A stretch of DNA of 64,000 bases from Tubiluchus corallicola. Its lineage: Eukaryota > Animalia > Priapulida. The first letter of the stretch is position 1, and each line of letters begins with the position of its first letter. Of this stretch, positions 24,801-59,094 are shown one piece after another. Below the pieces are notes generated by a model. It was not told the origin of the DNA and did no database searches. It worked only from the letters and a program-made list of their open reading frames with translations. The translations under genes were made by a program, and so were the position numbers. The stretch covers positions 306,706 to 370,705 of the forward strand of contig JAQGDQ010000218.1 of assembly GCA_030141605.1 (NCBI GenBank), given 5' to 3'.

Positions 24801-27800
24801 AACTTTAATGTGGTCTGTGACTTCTGCATCAATGTTTGGTGATACTTAAGTGTTTAAGTGAGTTCTAAGTTTCGGTGATGTGTAATATGTAATTTTTTTT
24901 TGTATGTTGGGTACAGTTTACAATATTATCTGTTGAATAATATGCCCTTTCACAGTTCCAGCGATTGATGATGATCATGAAGCGATCAAAGGTTAGGTGT
25001 GCCAGACAAAACATTTGTGTACACTTGACAACGCCTCGCAGCTCATGCTGTTGTAATAGTAACAGTTTTAACACCTACCTAGAACTTTACCTAGTTCATT
25101 TTTTCTTGTTCCCAAGCAAGATCACATTAGCAAATCACTCTACATACAGATTAATGCAAAATAAGTAAAGTCCATGTAAAACAACTGAAGTTTCTGAACT
25201 GATGCTGCAGACAGTTTTGCTTTATTCACATGTCACGTGACAGTTGTAGTCAAGATGCATTGCTGCGGCACACTTGACCTTTGACCTACAGCAAATGCGC
25301 TTTTAGTTAACAAACTTTTATTTGACTAGCTATCAGGAAACATTGACATAATGTTTTCTCACGATTGGCCGAGAGGAATCTATCACCATGGCAACGTGAA
25401 ACAGCTCTTGCGTGCCAAGCCATTTTTTCGAGAAGATGTGGAAAACAACAAGCTGGGTTGTCGCCCCGCGGAGGAACTTATGCACAGATTACAACCTACG
25501 TATTGGTTTGCCGCTCACTTACATGTAAAATTTGCAGCTCTAGTGGAATTTGAGGTAAACACTAGTTTGCAACTGACCTTAGCTTCTCACAAATGTGACA
25601 GTGATAGAAAAAGTTTATCCTTTTTAGTAATTCGTGCTACTTTAAGCTAGTTGCGTGTCTTTAAACGTTGTTGCACTCATATCTCGGTTTCTCAGACGTC
25701 ACTTTTATGGATATCAGAAGAATCGGACAAAATCTGGACTGTAAAAAAAACTCCTGCATACGACATACACAATTTGTTCTTTCGCAAGCTGACAGATAGT
25801 TGGCAAGCCATCACTTTGTTTACATCATTACATCAGTGTAACCAAGCAGCATGTCACTTTGTTTACATCATTACATCAGTGTAACCAAGCAGCGTGTAGC
25901 GACACGTGTGTAGCTTGTATGTCAGCTTGTTCAAGTGGTTTTAATTAGCAGAGTTATTTCAGTCAATTGCTGACAGTTTTATACACTTTTGCATAATTGC
26001 ATGTGGGAGACCCGAACTAGACGTTTTTGAGACAATTAGGCGATTGATTCTACATTATCGTGAGTCTAAGACACGGCACCTACTGTATTAGTTCAGTATC
26101 GGTAAATACGGACAATCGGCAAATTTGGACCAACGTCTCTGACAAACCGAGCGATGAGTCTATTATGCACAGTGTTTTATGTGTGTCATGCTGTCTTATG
26201 CTGTGTCATGCTGTTTTATGTGTGTCATGCTGTCTTATGTTGTGTCATGCTGTCTTATGTGTGTCATGCTGTCTTATGTTGTGTCATGCTGTCTTATGTT
26301 GTTTGTGTCATGCTATCTTATGTTGTGTCATGCTGTCTTATGCTGTGTCATGCTGTCTTATGTTGTGTCATGCTGTCTTCTTATGTGTGTCATGCTGTCT
26401 TATGTGTGTCATGCTGTCTTATGTTGTGTCATGCTGTCTTATGCTGTGTCATGCTGTTTTATGTGTGTCATGCTGTCTTATGCTGTGTCATGCTGTCTTA
26501 TGTGTGTCATGCTGTCTTATGTTGTGTCATGCTGTCTTATGTGTGTCATGCTGTCTTATGTTGTGTCATGCTGTCTTATGTGTGTCATGCTGTCTTATGT
26601 TGTTTGTGTCATGCTGTCTTATGTTGTGTCATGCTGTCTTAAGTTTTTTATAAATTCAATTCATTGTGGAATAGTGTATAAAACTCAGGCTAAAGTTTAC
26701 AATTCCCCACACACAAGAAATTAGTTCTTGAATCGAATTACGATTAGGGTTGGGATTAGTGTTTGGATTAGGGTTAGGTTTAGGATTAAGGTTAGAAGTA
26801 GTGTTTGTGTTAGGGTTGGGTTAGCATTAGTGTTTGGATTAGGGTTGGGATTAGTGTTTGGATTAGGGTTAGGTTTAGGATTAAGGTTAGAAGTAGTGTT
26901 TGGGTTAGGGGTGGGATAGCATTAGTGTTTGGATTAGGGTTAGGGTTAGGATTAGTGTTTGGGTTAGGGTTAGGGTTGGGTTAGCATTAGTGTTAGGGTT
27001 AGGATTGAGGTTAGGATTAGTGTTAGGGTTAGGATTGAGGTTAGCATTAGTGTTTGGGTTAGGGTTAGGATTGAGGTTAGCATTAGTGTTAGGGTTAGGG
27101 TTAGGATTGAGGTTAGGATTAGTGTTTGGGTTAGGGTTAGGATTGAGGTTAGGATTAGTGTTTGGGTTAGGGTTGGGTTAGCATTAGTGTTTGGATTAGG
27201 GTTAGGGTTAGGATTGAGGTTAGGATTACTGTTTGGGTTAGGGTTGGGTTAGGATTAGGGTTGGGTTAGGGTTAGGGTTAGGGTTAGGGTTAGGGTTAGG
27301 GTTAGGGTTAGGATTAGGGTTTGGGTTAGGGTTAGGGTTAGGATTAGTGGTTAGGATTAGGGTTAGGATTGAGGTTAGGATTAGTGTTTGGGTTAGGGTT
27401 GGGTTAGCATTAGTGTTTGGGTTAGGGTTAGGGTTAGGGTTAAGGTTAGGGTTAGGGTTGGGTTAGGATTAGGGTTAGGGTTAGGGTTGGGTTAGCATTA
27501 GTGTTTGGATTAGGGTTAGGGTTAGGATTGAGGTTAGGATTACTGTTTGGGTTAGGGTTGGGTTAGCATTAGTGTTTGGATTAGGGTTAGGGTTAGGATT
27601 AGTGTTTGGGTTAGGGTTGGGTTAGGATTACTGTTTGGGTTAGGGTTGGGTTAGCATTAGTGTTTGGATTAGGGTTAGGGTTAGGATTAGGGTTAGGATT
27701 AGGGTTTGGGTTAGGGTTGGGTTAGGGTTAGTGTTTGGATTAGGGTTAGGGTTAGGATTAGGATTAGGCTATTTAAATTGTGTGGGGAATTGTAAACTCC

Positions 27801-30800
27801 AATATTTGAATGTCGTATGTTTTTAAGAGCATATAATTCTTATATTTCATATTTTTTCTATACCAACAAAGTCATATTTTTATATACAAACAAATTGTAT
27901 ACATAAAATTGTTTTATTTGTATGTATAATAACTCTTTCACTTTTATCATCATCAAACAGAATGAGGGTGAAGAGAGAGAAAGAAAAAAGACGCATTTTC
28001 TCGCGCTGGACAAATGTTTACCTAAACGAAAGTTTTTGCAGGTACGCATTCCATGTTTCATACCAAAACAGACCAGTTTTGAAAAAAAGTTTATTTAAAA
28101 TGAGTTTGATTTCAGTTATTAATGGTTGAAGATACTTTTTATTTAATCTTGATTTTATGGTGCAGAAAACCTTGACGAAGTCGATTTTCGTAGTTAATGA
28201 GCCTTTTTCCAGTTTCGTTGAGAGCACGCGCAATTGGTGTAGGTCAAAGGTCAAGTGTACCACAGCAACGCGTCTTAACTACAACCCTTACATGACATGT
28301 GGGTAAAGCAAAACCGTCTGCTGCATCAGTTTAGTAACTTCAATTCTTTTACGTGGACTTTGCTTAATTATGCATTAGTCTGTGCATAGAGTGATTTACT
28401 AGCAGGATCTTGCTTGGCAACAAGAAAAAATGAACTAGGTAAGATTCTAGCTAGCAGTTAAAACTGTTAGTATTACAAAAGCATGGGCTGCAAAGCATCG
28501 TCAAATGTACACAAATGCGATGTCTGTTACACTTAACCTTTGACCTTTCCACGATCATCATCAATCACTGAAACTGTGAAAAGGCTTGTTTATTGTTAAT
28601 CTGATACGCACAGTTCTCCATTTTTTTGGTGTTAAAGCGTGTTTTTAGTAAAAATGAATGAATTGCCATTAAATTTTAGTTTACTGGTTGGTGCTGCACA
28701 AAACTTGCTTTCTCACAAGAAGCAACTCAAACCTCATTCAATTTAAATAAAAAAAACTTAATTGGTTATAAAATTACTTATCGATTAAAGTTGATCACAC
28801 TGAAGTTTCTGAATAAATGCAGTATTAATAGTTGTAATATATGTTTAAAGGCGTGTTCACACTATTGCATGTTCACATGATTATGTGTGTAGGTTGTAGA
28901 CATCCCGTATGAAGACACGAGTCCTTTTAGTTTAAAGTATGATGTTGAATGGTTGTCAATTTTACGAAACACGAATCACTTGTTGAGCTTGAAGAAGAGT
29001 ACCGTTTACATGCCCGGGCCGGGCTGTGCGGAGAGGTGAGTGGATAGATTACAGTAATTCCTCGTTTAACGACGCTAATACGTTCCGGCAAAATGTGACG
29101 TTAAGCGAAACGTCGTTAAACGAAGTCGAGACTTCCATAGAAAATAACGTGAAATAATTAAAATATGTTTCCGAGTCAAAATCAGTGCTGCTTAAATCAC
29201 ATAAATAAAACACTTTATGAATTTTATTCGTATTTTTGCTGATTAATTTCTTTCTGTTTGCTTGAACCACCTGTCTTTATTACTAATATCTAGTTAGACC
29301 TGGGGGTTAAAAGGGGGATCGTTAAAAGGAGGGTTAAAAGGGGGATCGTTAACCACCGTGGCTATTTGTAGTTTTGAGGTCGAAAGCTGACATTCGTATG
29401 TGAAATAAAAACACGTGTAATATAACTTGCTATTAGATGTTCCTAATTTATATATAATTAGTTTTTATTTCCTGTTATTTTCTTTTGTATTCAAAGGGGA
29501 GGGTGTTATGACGCTAAAGTTGTCGCTGGGGTGTTTTGGGGAGAGCCAACAACCGACATTGGCAGGTTTATCAGACTGTTTTTGTGGTTGCGATGTTTGT
29601 GTTAAACAGATGAAATCATTGGATGAAAACATGGTTTAACTTTGCAATCCGTATTTTACTCAAAATCATAGTCTCATAGTCAATCCACATTGGTTTAACT
29701 TTGCAATCCGTATTTTACTCAAAATCATAGTCTCATAGTCAATCCACATTGGTTTAACTTTGCAATCCGTATTTTACTCAAAATCATAGTCTCATAGTCA
29801 ATCCACATTGGTTTAACTTTGCAATCTGTATTTTACTCAAAATCATAGTCTCATAGTCAATCCACATTGGTTTAACTTTGCAATCTGTATTTTACTCAAA
29901 ATCATAGTCTCATAGTCAATCCACATTGGTTTAACTTTGCAATCTGTATTTTACTCAAAATCATAGTCTCATAGTCAATCCACATTGGTTTAACTGTGCA
30001 ATCCGTATTTTACTCAAAATCATAGTCTCATAGTCAATCCACATTGGTTTAACTTTGCAATCTGTATTTTACTCAAAATCATAGTCTCATAGTCAATCCA
30101 CATTGGTTTAACTTTGCAATCTGTATTTTACTCAAAATCATAGTCTCATAGTCAATCTACATATACAGGAAAATGGTAAACATAATCAACAGTAGTAAAC
30201 AAAAGTTAAAGTAAATCCATCAGCCAATATATCATGGCACCTGAGTGAAAACGTTATTATAACCACACAACTGTTTAAGCCTATTGCTTGTCCTCTCATC
30301 TTGCTACCAAGTCAAGAGTAGTAGTTATTCACAGAGAAGCCCAGTAACTCAGTTCTATACAAACATATAGCAGTAGCAAGCACATACATATATTGGAAAC
30401 TTCAAAGTGTACAGACAGATGTCAGCACTGACTTAGTGGTAGTGAAAAACAAAAATTTAAAACTACAAATCAAAATTATTAATAAACTGTAAATTAAATG
30501 CTCGCATCTGCGACAGAGGGGGTACAGAATAACAGTTTCTCGGGGTTTAATGTGCAACTTCCCTTACTAATTATATGTATCTAGTTTATTATTAATGTTG
30601 ATTTTTTTGTGCATTTACGCAGGGGCGGTGAGAAATCAAGGATTCCATGAGGGGGTCAATGATGTAAAACGTTTGGGGAACCCCTGATCTCAGATTGGGG
30701 AGCCCCTGATCTCAGATTGGGGAACCCCTGATCTCAGATTGGGGAGCCCCTGATCTCAGATTGGGGAACCCCTGATCTCAGATTGGGGAACTCAGATTGG

Positions 30801-31439
30801 GAGCCCCTGCCTCAGATGATTAAATTTGTTTCAAATTTTTGCAGGTGGAATTTCACACCAACCGAAGAGGAGTTGAAAGTGGTAATTAGATTATTTTCCA
30901 GTGGACTGGAAATTCCCAGTAACTTTCAACAGACTGTCCCCCCGTTTTCTAACTACGATCCGAAAAAAGCGCCCCCTGCCGCGTGTTTGGTGAATCCGCA
31001 GACTACGGCATTGTGTGTAAGACTTGGTTTGACTGATCCTCATAGTGTTTTTACTGGCGTTCAGACTGAAGGTAGTGTGAACAGAGCCGCAAACGAGCCG
31101 AGAAATCCTGACGAAATCGATGTGACCCTGGTCAGTGCGACGGACGATACGTTCGCTTCGACCAGTCAAGATGAGAGCTTTGTCGATTTCTCTCATGCGA
31201 CCTCGGACAGTTCCGTATTCGAACCGCTCAACAGCTCTAGTGATTTTGTACCGCCGCAGTTCTTGCCGCGCGAACACGGAAGCTCGCTGGAGTCGAGCTA
31301 CGAACAGGAATCGAAGGGCGGCGACTGCACGTCGGAATCCGAGAAACGGTTGAGCGGAGACGCGGAATACGTGGAATCTCCGGCGAGGAAATTTAAGAGA
31401 AGGAATGCTGCTGTTTATCAAAACGAGGACAGTTCTTAG
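12767..31439 (+). CDS. DBR1: Lariat debranching enzyme, 8 coding exons, about 510 aa
   Basis: Exons 12767-12856, 18140-18246, 19429-19553, 21920-22086, 25330-25554, 27961-28041, 28893-29035, 30845-31439 (1533 nt, phases consistent). Motifs [61 protein letters not shown]. Confidence 0.97.
12981..13450. mobile_element. CpG-rich segment resembling a DNA transposon subterminal region (unclassified)
   Basis: Abrupt GC/CpG rise; inverted pair atgaaagtcccac (12981) / gtgggactttcgt (13272). No partner terminus found. Confidence 0.4.
14424..15555 (+). pseudogene. Intronless ankyrin-repeat + SOCS-box (ASB-like) gene, split by a frameshift at 15118-15131, nested in DBR1 intron 1
   Basis: Ankyrin motifs [48 protein letters not shown]. 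The second ORF ends in a BC-box/cullin-box pattern [15 protein letters not shown]...[11 protein letters not shown]. Confidence 0.8.
16865..17177 (-). mobile_element. Older, diverged copy of the hAT-like MITE at 20725-21116
   Basis: Reverse complement aligns with 20725-21060 (ttttatcattaaaatgtt, tgcaattagc.ca, tcaccc end). Confidence 0.6.
17252..17741 (-). mobile_element. 5S-rRNA-headed SINE (SINE3) with RTE-related tail, copy 1
   Basis: About 117-nt 5S-like head at 17625-17741 with no oligo-T terminator, then a body shared with the copies at 48429 and 53004; internal deletion relative to them. Confidence 0.88.
17870..18119. repeat. Foldback element with about 90-bp inverted arms
   Basis: catgatttt...cttagcagtttccatggtaacagagagtagttt versus aaactactctctgttaccatggaaactgctaag...aaaatcatg. 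Confidence 0.85.
18140..18246 (+). CDS. DBR1: DBR1 exon 2
   Basis: ttag|[15 protein letters not shown]...TFY|gtaagt. Confidence 0.95.
18353..18834. mobile_element. hAT-like MITE, right end interrupted
   Basis: CAGGGGTGTGCAAA start with repeated GCGGGCCGCA/GGCCCG subterminal motifs. Confidence 0.6.
18835..19220 (+). repeat. Dispersed unclassified repeat (second copy 51960-52345)
   Basis: tgttaaactttcaaa..gaatcca..aagactgg...taccgtgataagcat... shared over about 380 bp. Confidence 0.75.
19429..19553 (+). CDS. DBR1: DBR1 exon 3
   Basis: cag|[41 protein letters not shown]|gt. Confidence 0.95.
19925..20042. repeat. 19-bp minisatellite
   Basis: (ttacttaatagtactatta)n, about 5-6 copies. Confidence 0.85.
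20097..20432. repeat. About 173-bp direct tandem duplication
   Basis: ttgtacattgtagttaggtgctgcc... starts at 20097 and 20270. Confidence 0.85.
20691..21278 (-). mobile_element. tRNA-headed SINE interrupted by a hAT-like MITE
   Basis: Reverse complement of the family at 57682-57873, with its tail split at 20724/21117. Confidence 0.75.
20725..21116. mobile_element. hAT-like MITE with 8-bp TSD
   Basis: TAGGGGTGA...TCACCCCTA termini, cataacag on both sides, many TTCGAA subterminal motifs. Confidence 0.9.
21509..21893 (+). mobile_element. About 385-bp MITE family with AATAAGCCTTTTCACAGTT-type TIRs, copy A
   Basis: Other copies at 24939-25300, 28195-28590, 33968-34354, 47557-48101 and 55005-55705. 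Confidence 0.85.
21920..22086 (+). CDS. DBR1: DBR1 exon 4
   Basis: ttag|[20 protein letters not shown]...[15 protein letters not shown]|gtaa. Confidence 0.95.
22153..22998. repeat. 72-bp tandem array, about 11.7 copies
   Basis: Unit aaggaaagaacaagtcattcagtatgttgggtttattttactgttatcacttaaactgtttgtggtgtgcta. Confidence 0.95.
22153..23493. mobile_element. Kolobok-like non-autonomous element, TTAA-flanked, with its left end tandemly amplified
   Basis: TTAA|AGGAAGGAACAAG...CTTGACTTCTCCT|TTAA; imperfect inverted similarity over about 60 bp between the ends. Confidence 0.6.
24939..25300 (-). mobile_element. 385-bp MITE family, copy B (one end truncated)
   Basis: Reverse complement of 21509-21893. 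Confidence 0.85.
25330..25554 (+). CDS. DBR1: DBR1 exon 5
   Basis: ctag|[16 protein letters not shown]...[18 protein letters not shown]|gtaa. Confidence 0.95.
26170..26640. repeat. About 19-21-bp minisatellite
   Basis: (tgtgtcatgctgtcttatg[t/ct])n. Confidence 0.95.
26694..27798 (+). mobile_element. Element carrying a 1-kb degenerate TTAGGG array between perfect 20-bp inverted repeats
   Basis: agtttacaattccccacaca (26694-26713) and tgtgtggggaattgtaaact (27779-27798). A related shorter copy is at 46640-46770 (-). Confidence 0.75.
27961..28041 (+). CDS. DBR1: DBR1 exon 6
   Basis: cag|[27 protein letters not shown]|gtac. Confidence 0.95.
28195..28590 (+). mobile_element. 385-bp MITE family, copy C
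   Basis: Aligns to 21509-21893. Confidence 0.85.
28893..29035 (+). CDS. DBR1: DBR1 exon 7
   Basis: tag|[31 protein letters not shown]...MPGPGCAE|gtgag. Confidence 0.95.
29632..30160. repeat. 59-bp tandem array, about 9 copies
   Basis: Unit tggtttaactttgcaatc(c/t)gtattttactcaaaatcatagtctcatagtcaatccacat. Confidence 0.95.
30674..30815. repeat. 22-bp tandem array built on a hAT-like right end
   Basis: (ttggggaacccctgatctcaga)n, about 6 copies. Confidence 0.85.
30845..31439 (+). CDS. DBR1: DBR1 exon 8 (last coding exon)
   Basis: cag|[10 protein letters not shown]...NPQT..LC..LGLTDP...NPDEI...[16 protein letters not shown]. Confidence 0.95.
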
Positions 31440-31824
31440 CCTTTAGACAAACGACTTTGTAATTTTGGCTCGATTGTTTTTAGCTCTTTCAGTTTTTAAA
31501 CAAAGTTCACACTGTGCTTCATTTAGTTACCTATATAACTGTTTATCGATATACTACGTGAGAATAGGTATGTTTGTGTAAGTAGTATAGGTATGTTACC
31601 ATGCTATGTTCCGCTTTTTAACTTAAACTTGGTATTTTTTATTGTAAACGAATTTTAATCGAGAAAAAGGTGCACAGATTTGCAGAATTTAATTTAAGAG
31701 TATTCAAGTATAAGCCTCATGATAATCTATCATGTTTAATTGTTTTAAAGCTTGTGGTTCTCTTGTGTGTGTTGGCCTGGTTCTATGGTAGTAGCTGTTA
31801 ATGACATGTAAGGAACATTAATAT

Positions 31825-32930
31825 GGTAAACTAGGTGTGACTCGAACACCTCGGGACCAGAAAATTTGTTTGAGTTCTGCGAGGGTACGAGTTAGACAAT
31901 GTTCGTAAGAAAACAAGATTGAGTCACTCATCAATGTCAGACAATGCACTAGTAACACTACAGACTATGAAAATGACAAACTGAGCCTTTAATTTAGTAT
32001 ATTTGAATATAGTACACATACAAAACAAACTGAACTGCATACTGGGCGCAAATATGTCTGGAAAAGTTGCGTTTGGCAAAACGGGTGTAAAAATTGAAAA
32101 TTACGAACCATTTATTAAATTTGGGCAAATTTGACAATTGTCACATTTTGTGTTTGATTCTTGGCGTACAGTATCTTATAATTATAATAATTATTATTAT
32201 GTCAGGTAGTAAATGTATTAAAGGTGATAGTTGTAGTCGAATTATTTCAATATAAAAGAAAAAATGTTCACAAAAAACTCTTAAATTAAAGAAAAAAATG
32301 CGACATTTCAACCAAGTTTTTCGTGTTTTTCTGTTTTTCCATTGTGGGATTTTTTTATTAATACAGTATACTACGTTTGACTCGAACACCTCGGAACTGA
32401 AAAAATTTGTTTGAATTATGCGAGGGTACGAGTTAGACAATGTTCGTAAGAAAACAAGATTGAGTCGCTCATCAACGTTGAACAATGCACTAGTAACACT
32501 ACAGCCTGTGAAAATGTCTTACTGATCCTTTAATCAAATATCAATTTTTATGAATAATGAAAAATAAAATGACTGGTCCACCTCTATTGTAGTCTGAGTA
32601 GCATGGTTAATAGAATTCAGCAGTAATAACACTGTGATCTACATTAAACCACGTTTGTTAAGCCATGCTGTGTTCAGCATTCTGCTAAGGTAATACAAGA
32701 AATCTTAGCATGGTTAATAGAATTTAACAATAATAATATTGTGATCTACATTAAACTACGTTTGTTAAGCCACGTTGAGTGCAGCGTTCAGAATTGTACC
32801 ACGAATTCGGTTCAAGATATGCAATAATTTGAGTTACACGATATTTGTTAAAGGGGAAATCCCATTCCACGAGAACTGTTCGAGATACGCAAGAATTTGA
32901 GTTATACCAGTCCGAGTTATACGTGGTAGG
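31825..32930 (+). mobile_element. Two tandem Tigger-like MITE pieces downstream of DBR1
   Basis: Repeated ..TGACTCGAACACCTCGG..CGAGTTAGAC left ends near 31825 and 32364; CGAGTTATAC right-end motifs near 32900-32925. Confidence 0.65.
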
Positions 32931-33967
32931 TTTCAAGGTTTCAAGAGTTTATTCATGGGTTAAACATATCTATTCTTGTTAATTATCTCCATGTTGATTC
33001 CTTTTTAGTAACTAGGTTGTTTAAAAGTAATGCACGGGTGAGTTTAACGTCGTACAAATGATTCTTGTGATTTTCTAATGCACTATGGAAGCCTTTTTAT
33101 GAGTGTATATGTGAAAACACTTTATATTTTTGTACCTGATAACAAACTACCTTTGAAAATACCTGAAATGTTATTACTATATTCATGTATATTTGTTAAA
33201 ACCTTAAAGATTTTATGCACAAACTACTTGTGGTGGGCAAGATAATGGATAAATTGTTAGATTGGATAATGGTTTAATCACTACAGCTGCTTATCAGTGA
33301 TGCAGACCAGACATAGTTTTGTACGACAGCATTGCTGTTAAGCCTAACGTTTAGCTGTTTCAATGCTGTCTGTCTTGTTGCTATGCATAAATTAATGATG
33401 GTTGCTATTGGTAGCTTATGCACTTGCTATAATAATCTATAAGTGCTGTTGAAGAAACAGGCAGTTTTTGGCTATTGCAATTATGTATGTTTGACACTGT
33501 AGTTTTACAGAAGATTGAAAGGGCTATTTTCATTTACAAGTGAGTATATTTAGACATACTAGCAAACAGTTTAAGTAATTTCTGGTAGCCAATTAGCACT
33601 TCAATCTTAAATACGGGTTATTGAATCGATAAACGTTCATGAAGCTCAAAGAGACTATGTGGCATTTAGAGATGAAATACCGGTCTTAAGTTAGTAATAG
33701 CTTTGTACTCAAAAATTTGTCGTATTTCAATGTAAATACAATAGAGAATTCAGTGCTATGCAAAATTTTTCTTAGTTTAATGTGTAAATTTCGTGTTGCA
33801 TTAAATATATTTGACCGGTTTGCACTTTAGGTATAATTGAACAACGGTTGCAATACCTGTAGGCTGGTATCTTTGCTTTAACTTTTACGTAGTAATAAAG
33901 CTCATAGTACAATAGGTTAAATTTGTAAGTAATTTTACCCAGTACACTGCTGTTGTGTTTATTAGTT

Positions 33968-34354
33968 AATAAGCCTTTTCACAGTTTCGTTGTGCACAGG
34001 CGCATTTGTTGTAGGTGAAATGTTAAGTGTACCACAGCAGCGCATCTTAACTACAACCTACTGACATGTTGCTAGAGCAAAGCCATCTGCTGCATCAGTT
34101 CAGTCTCTTCAATTGTTTTACGTGGACTTTACTTAATTAGCATTAGCCAGTGCATAGAGGGATTTACTAGCAGGATCTTGCTTGGGAACAAGACAAAATG
34201 CACTAGGGAAGGTTCTAGCTGTTAAAACTGTTACTATTACAATAGCTTGGGGTCCGAGGTGTTGTCAAGTGTACACAAATGCGTTGTCTGGTACACTTAA
34301 CCTTTGACCCTTTCACGATCATCATCAATCGCTGGAACTGTGAAAAGGCTTATT
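33968..34354 (+). mobile_element. 385-bp MITE family, copy D
   Basis: Both TIRs intact; ttagttaa flanks both sides if the ends are taken as TAAGCC...GGCTTA. Confidence 0.85.
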
Positions 34355-34639
34355 AGTTAAAAACCCTAAACATGAAATTCAGTTTCTGATTTCTTTGTCA
34401 TAAATTTTGTTTTTACGTTTATTCAACGAGACTCGAAAGTTCCCTCTTCAACTAAAGTATATTCTTGGCAATAATCACAATAACATTTTGATAATTTAAT
34501 GACGTTTTTTACTTAAAGACCATTTTAGATAAACGAAATAAACCAGAACTTTTAGATAGCATTAAGTTTTAGGATAACTACTAAAAATCATAAGACAGTG
34601 GTACTTTCAAACTGGTGAATTAATGTCGTTGCTAAACAA

Positions 34640-35152
34640 GGTCCTTGTTAATGTCTGCTAGTTTTTAATGTTCAAGTGTCTAAATCACTCAAAACTAGTT
34701 GTTAATGTCTGCTAGTTTTTTTATGTTAAAGTGTCTAAATCACTCAAAACTAACTGTTAATGTCCTTGTTAATGTCTGCTAGTTTTTATGTTCAAGTGTC
34801 TAAATCACTCAAAACTAACTGTTAAATGTCCTTGTTAATGTCTGCTAGTTTTTTATGTTCAAGTGTCTAAATCACTCAAAACTAACTGTTAAATGTTCTT
34901 GTTAATGTCTACTAGTTTTTATGTTCAAGTGTCTAAATCACTCAAAAATACCTGTTAATGTCCTTGTTAATGTCTGCTAGTTTTTTTTATGTTCAAGCGT
35001 ATAAATCACTCAAAACTAGTTCTTAATGTCCTTGTTAATGTCTACTAGTTTTTTGTGTTCAAGTGTCTAAATCACTCAAAACTAACTGTTAAATGTCCTT
35101 GTTAATGTCTGCTAGTTTTTTGTGTTCAAGTGTCTAAATCACTCAAAACTAA
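34640..35152. repeat. About 60-67-bp tandem array, about 8 copies
   Basis: Unit gtccttgttaatgtctgctagtttttatgttcaagtgtctaaatcactcaaaactaactgttaa(a)t. Confidence 0.9.
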
Positions 35153-36451
35153 TCGTTGGAAATGTGTGGAATAATGAAAAATGACTAACACGAGCAAGCG
35201 ATATATAAACAATAACAGAGAAGCATGCTTTGGTTGCAACATTGGCAACAAAGTACCCCACGACAACTTTCCAAGGATAAACAATAATGTTGACGTTTGT
35301 GTAACAATACCATAGATATGGTTTGTGTAGATCAAAGATCTTGGTGATTGCTTAGGAGTGTTCTGCATCCTAGACTGTCATGCTGTCCTGATCTTTGTTT
35401 AAGTTCCTAATTAGTTTAATAAATACTACTTTATTATGCACGCATTTGTCCAATTGCTGATATAATTCTAGCATGTAACAGTTTGTATCTCATGCAACAT
35501 TTAGGAATTTAGAAAATATGTAACTTGCAAATTGCTACAAAAAGCATCGTAGCACGAATAAGTACTAAAAACGGTTTTTTACCTAGAATTGACCTTAGCC
35601 TGGTAATTTAGCTAAATTTAAGCAACATATTTTATCAGTATACATTTAGATAATCTGTTAATTATCATAAGATTGGTTAGTTTTTCTAATATTTTCCAGG
35701 TAAAAAGTGACATGCTTAGATTTGCATCTGTAAAGTGGCTTCAACTTACTGTGCTTTTAGATCATTCTAATTATCATTAACTTTAAACTTTGCTCATTAC
35801 TTTTAAGAAACTTTGCTGGCCATAATTACAAACTTATGAAAGTAAGCAAGTTTATTAGTTTATCACCATTTTTATTATATCATAATACATTACTATCTGA
35901 TTTATAATTCGGTATTGTATGCAATAATATTACAAAGTGCAAAAGTAATTATTGATTAGTGGTGAAAGGTGGCGAAAGAACTATGAGTTATTGAGGTCAG
36001 CCACCCTTTCAGAATTGTTACTAATATAATTAATTAATGCCCATGTACCAGGTAATTAAAAATGATCAGATTTTGCATTTAAGACGATTGTTGATTGAAT
36101 TACGATACAGAAGTGTTAGTGTCTAATAGAATCATATCATCATACGCCCATCACGTCTATTGTAGACATTGGGCAGGCAGAATTCTAAAATAAAAGAAAT
36201 CTGCTTTCAGACAGGTAAACGCAGCAGTAATCCAGCAAGAAACTAGACACTGCTACGCCAGTGGCTCAAAAGTAGAAGAGACAAACGCGACTATCTTTAA
36301 ATATTAAGTTAAACTTGAATTATTTTATTTATTAAGATTAGGACTTAGCACCAAAGAAAAAATAATAAATTTGTCGCTTGTAACAAGCATTAATTACAAA
36401 ATTGAGTATGTTACAAACTTCTTGTTTTCTTTGATATAGATTTAATTGAAA

Positions 36452-58775
<22,324 letters not shown>

Positions 58776-59094
58776 GTAATGTATGAATTCGTTGTCAATT
58801 ATGTCATTAGTACCTGTGCATTCGTTAATATTTATTTGTCAAAATAAGGTAACAAATTACATTAATTATATAATGAATTACAGTCAAACCTCGTTATACC
58901 ACCAAACTCGTTTATCGCCTGCAAAAAGGCAAGAAACAAAACGGCTGTATTAAACTGTATATAAAAATGACCCGTTGTACCGCCACCTGTTACCTGTCAT
59001 TGGTCAGGAAAATGATATATGTTCAATGGGGAAATACCGGCAACCACGCCAGTTGGACAGTGACCTTGACAATATGTCAGCTGTAGGCGGTGCT

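Noticed and set aside
22175-27181. ORFs in the 72-bp array, the TGTGTCATGC minisatellite and the TTAGGG tract
   Set aside because: Translations of tandem repeats with no coding context.
26740-27770. True telomere or chromosome-fusion scar
   Set aside because: Degenerate, single orientation, inside an intact gene's intron and bounded by an inverted repeat.
30891-31421. 176-aa antisense ORF over DBR1 exon 8
   Set aside because: Shadow ORF of a GC-richer coding exon with no recognisable motifs.
33370-33545. Promoter and non-coding first exon of the LOXHD1-like gene (X-box-like gttgctattggtagc, donor-like aa|gtgagt near 33540)
   Set aside because: The motifs are imperfect and common by chance, and cannot be supported without transcript data.
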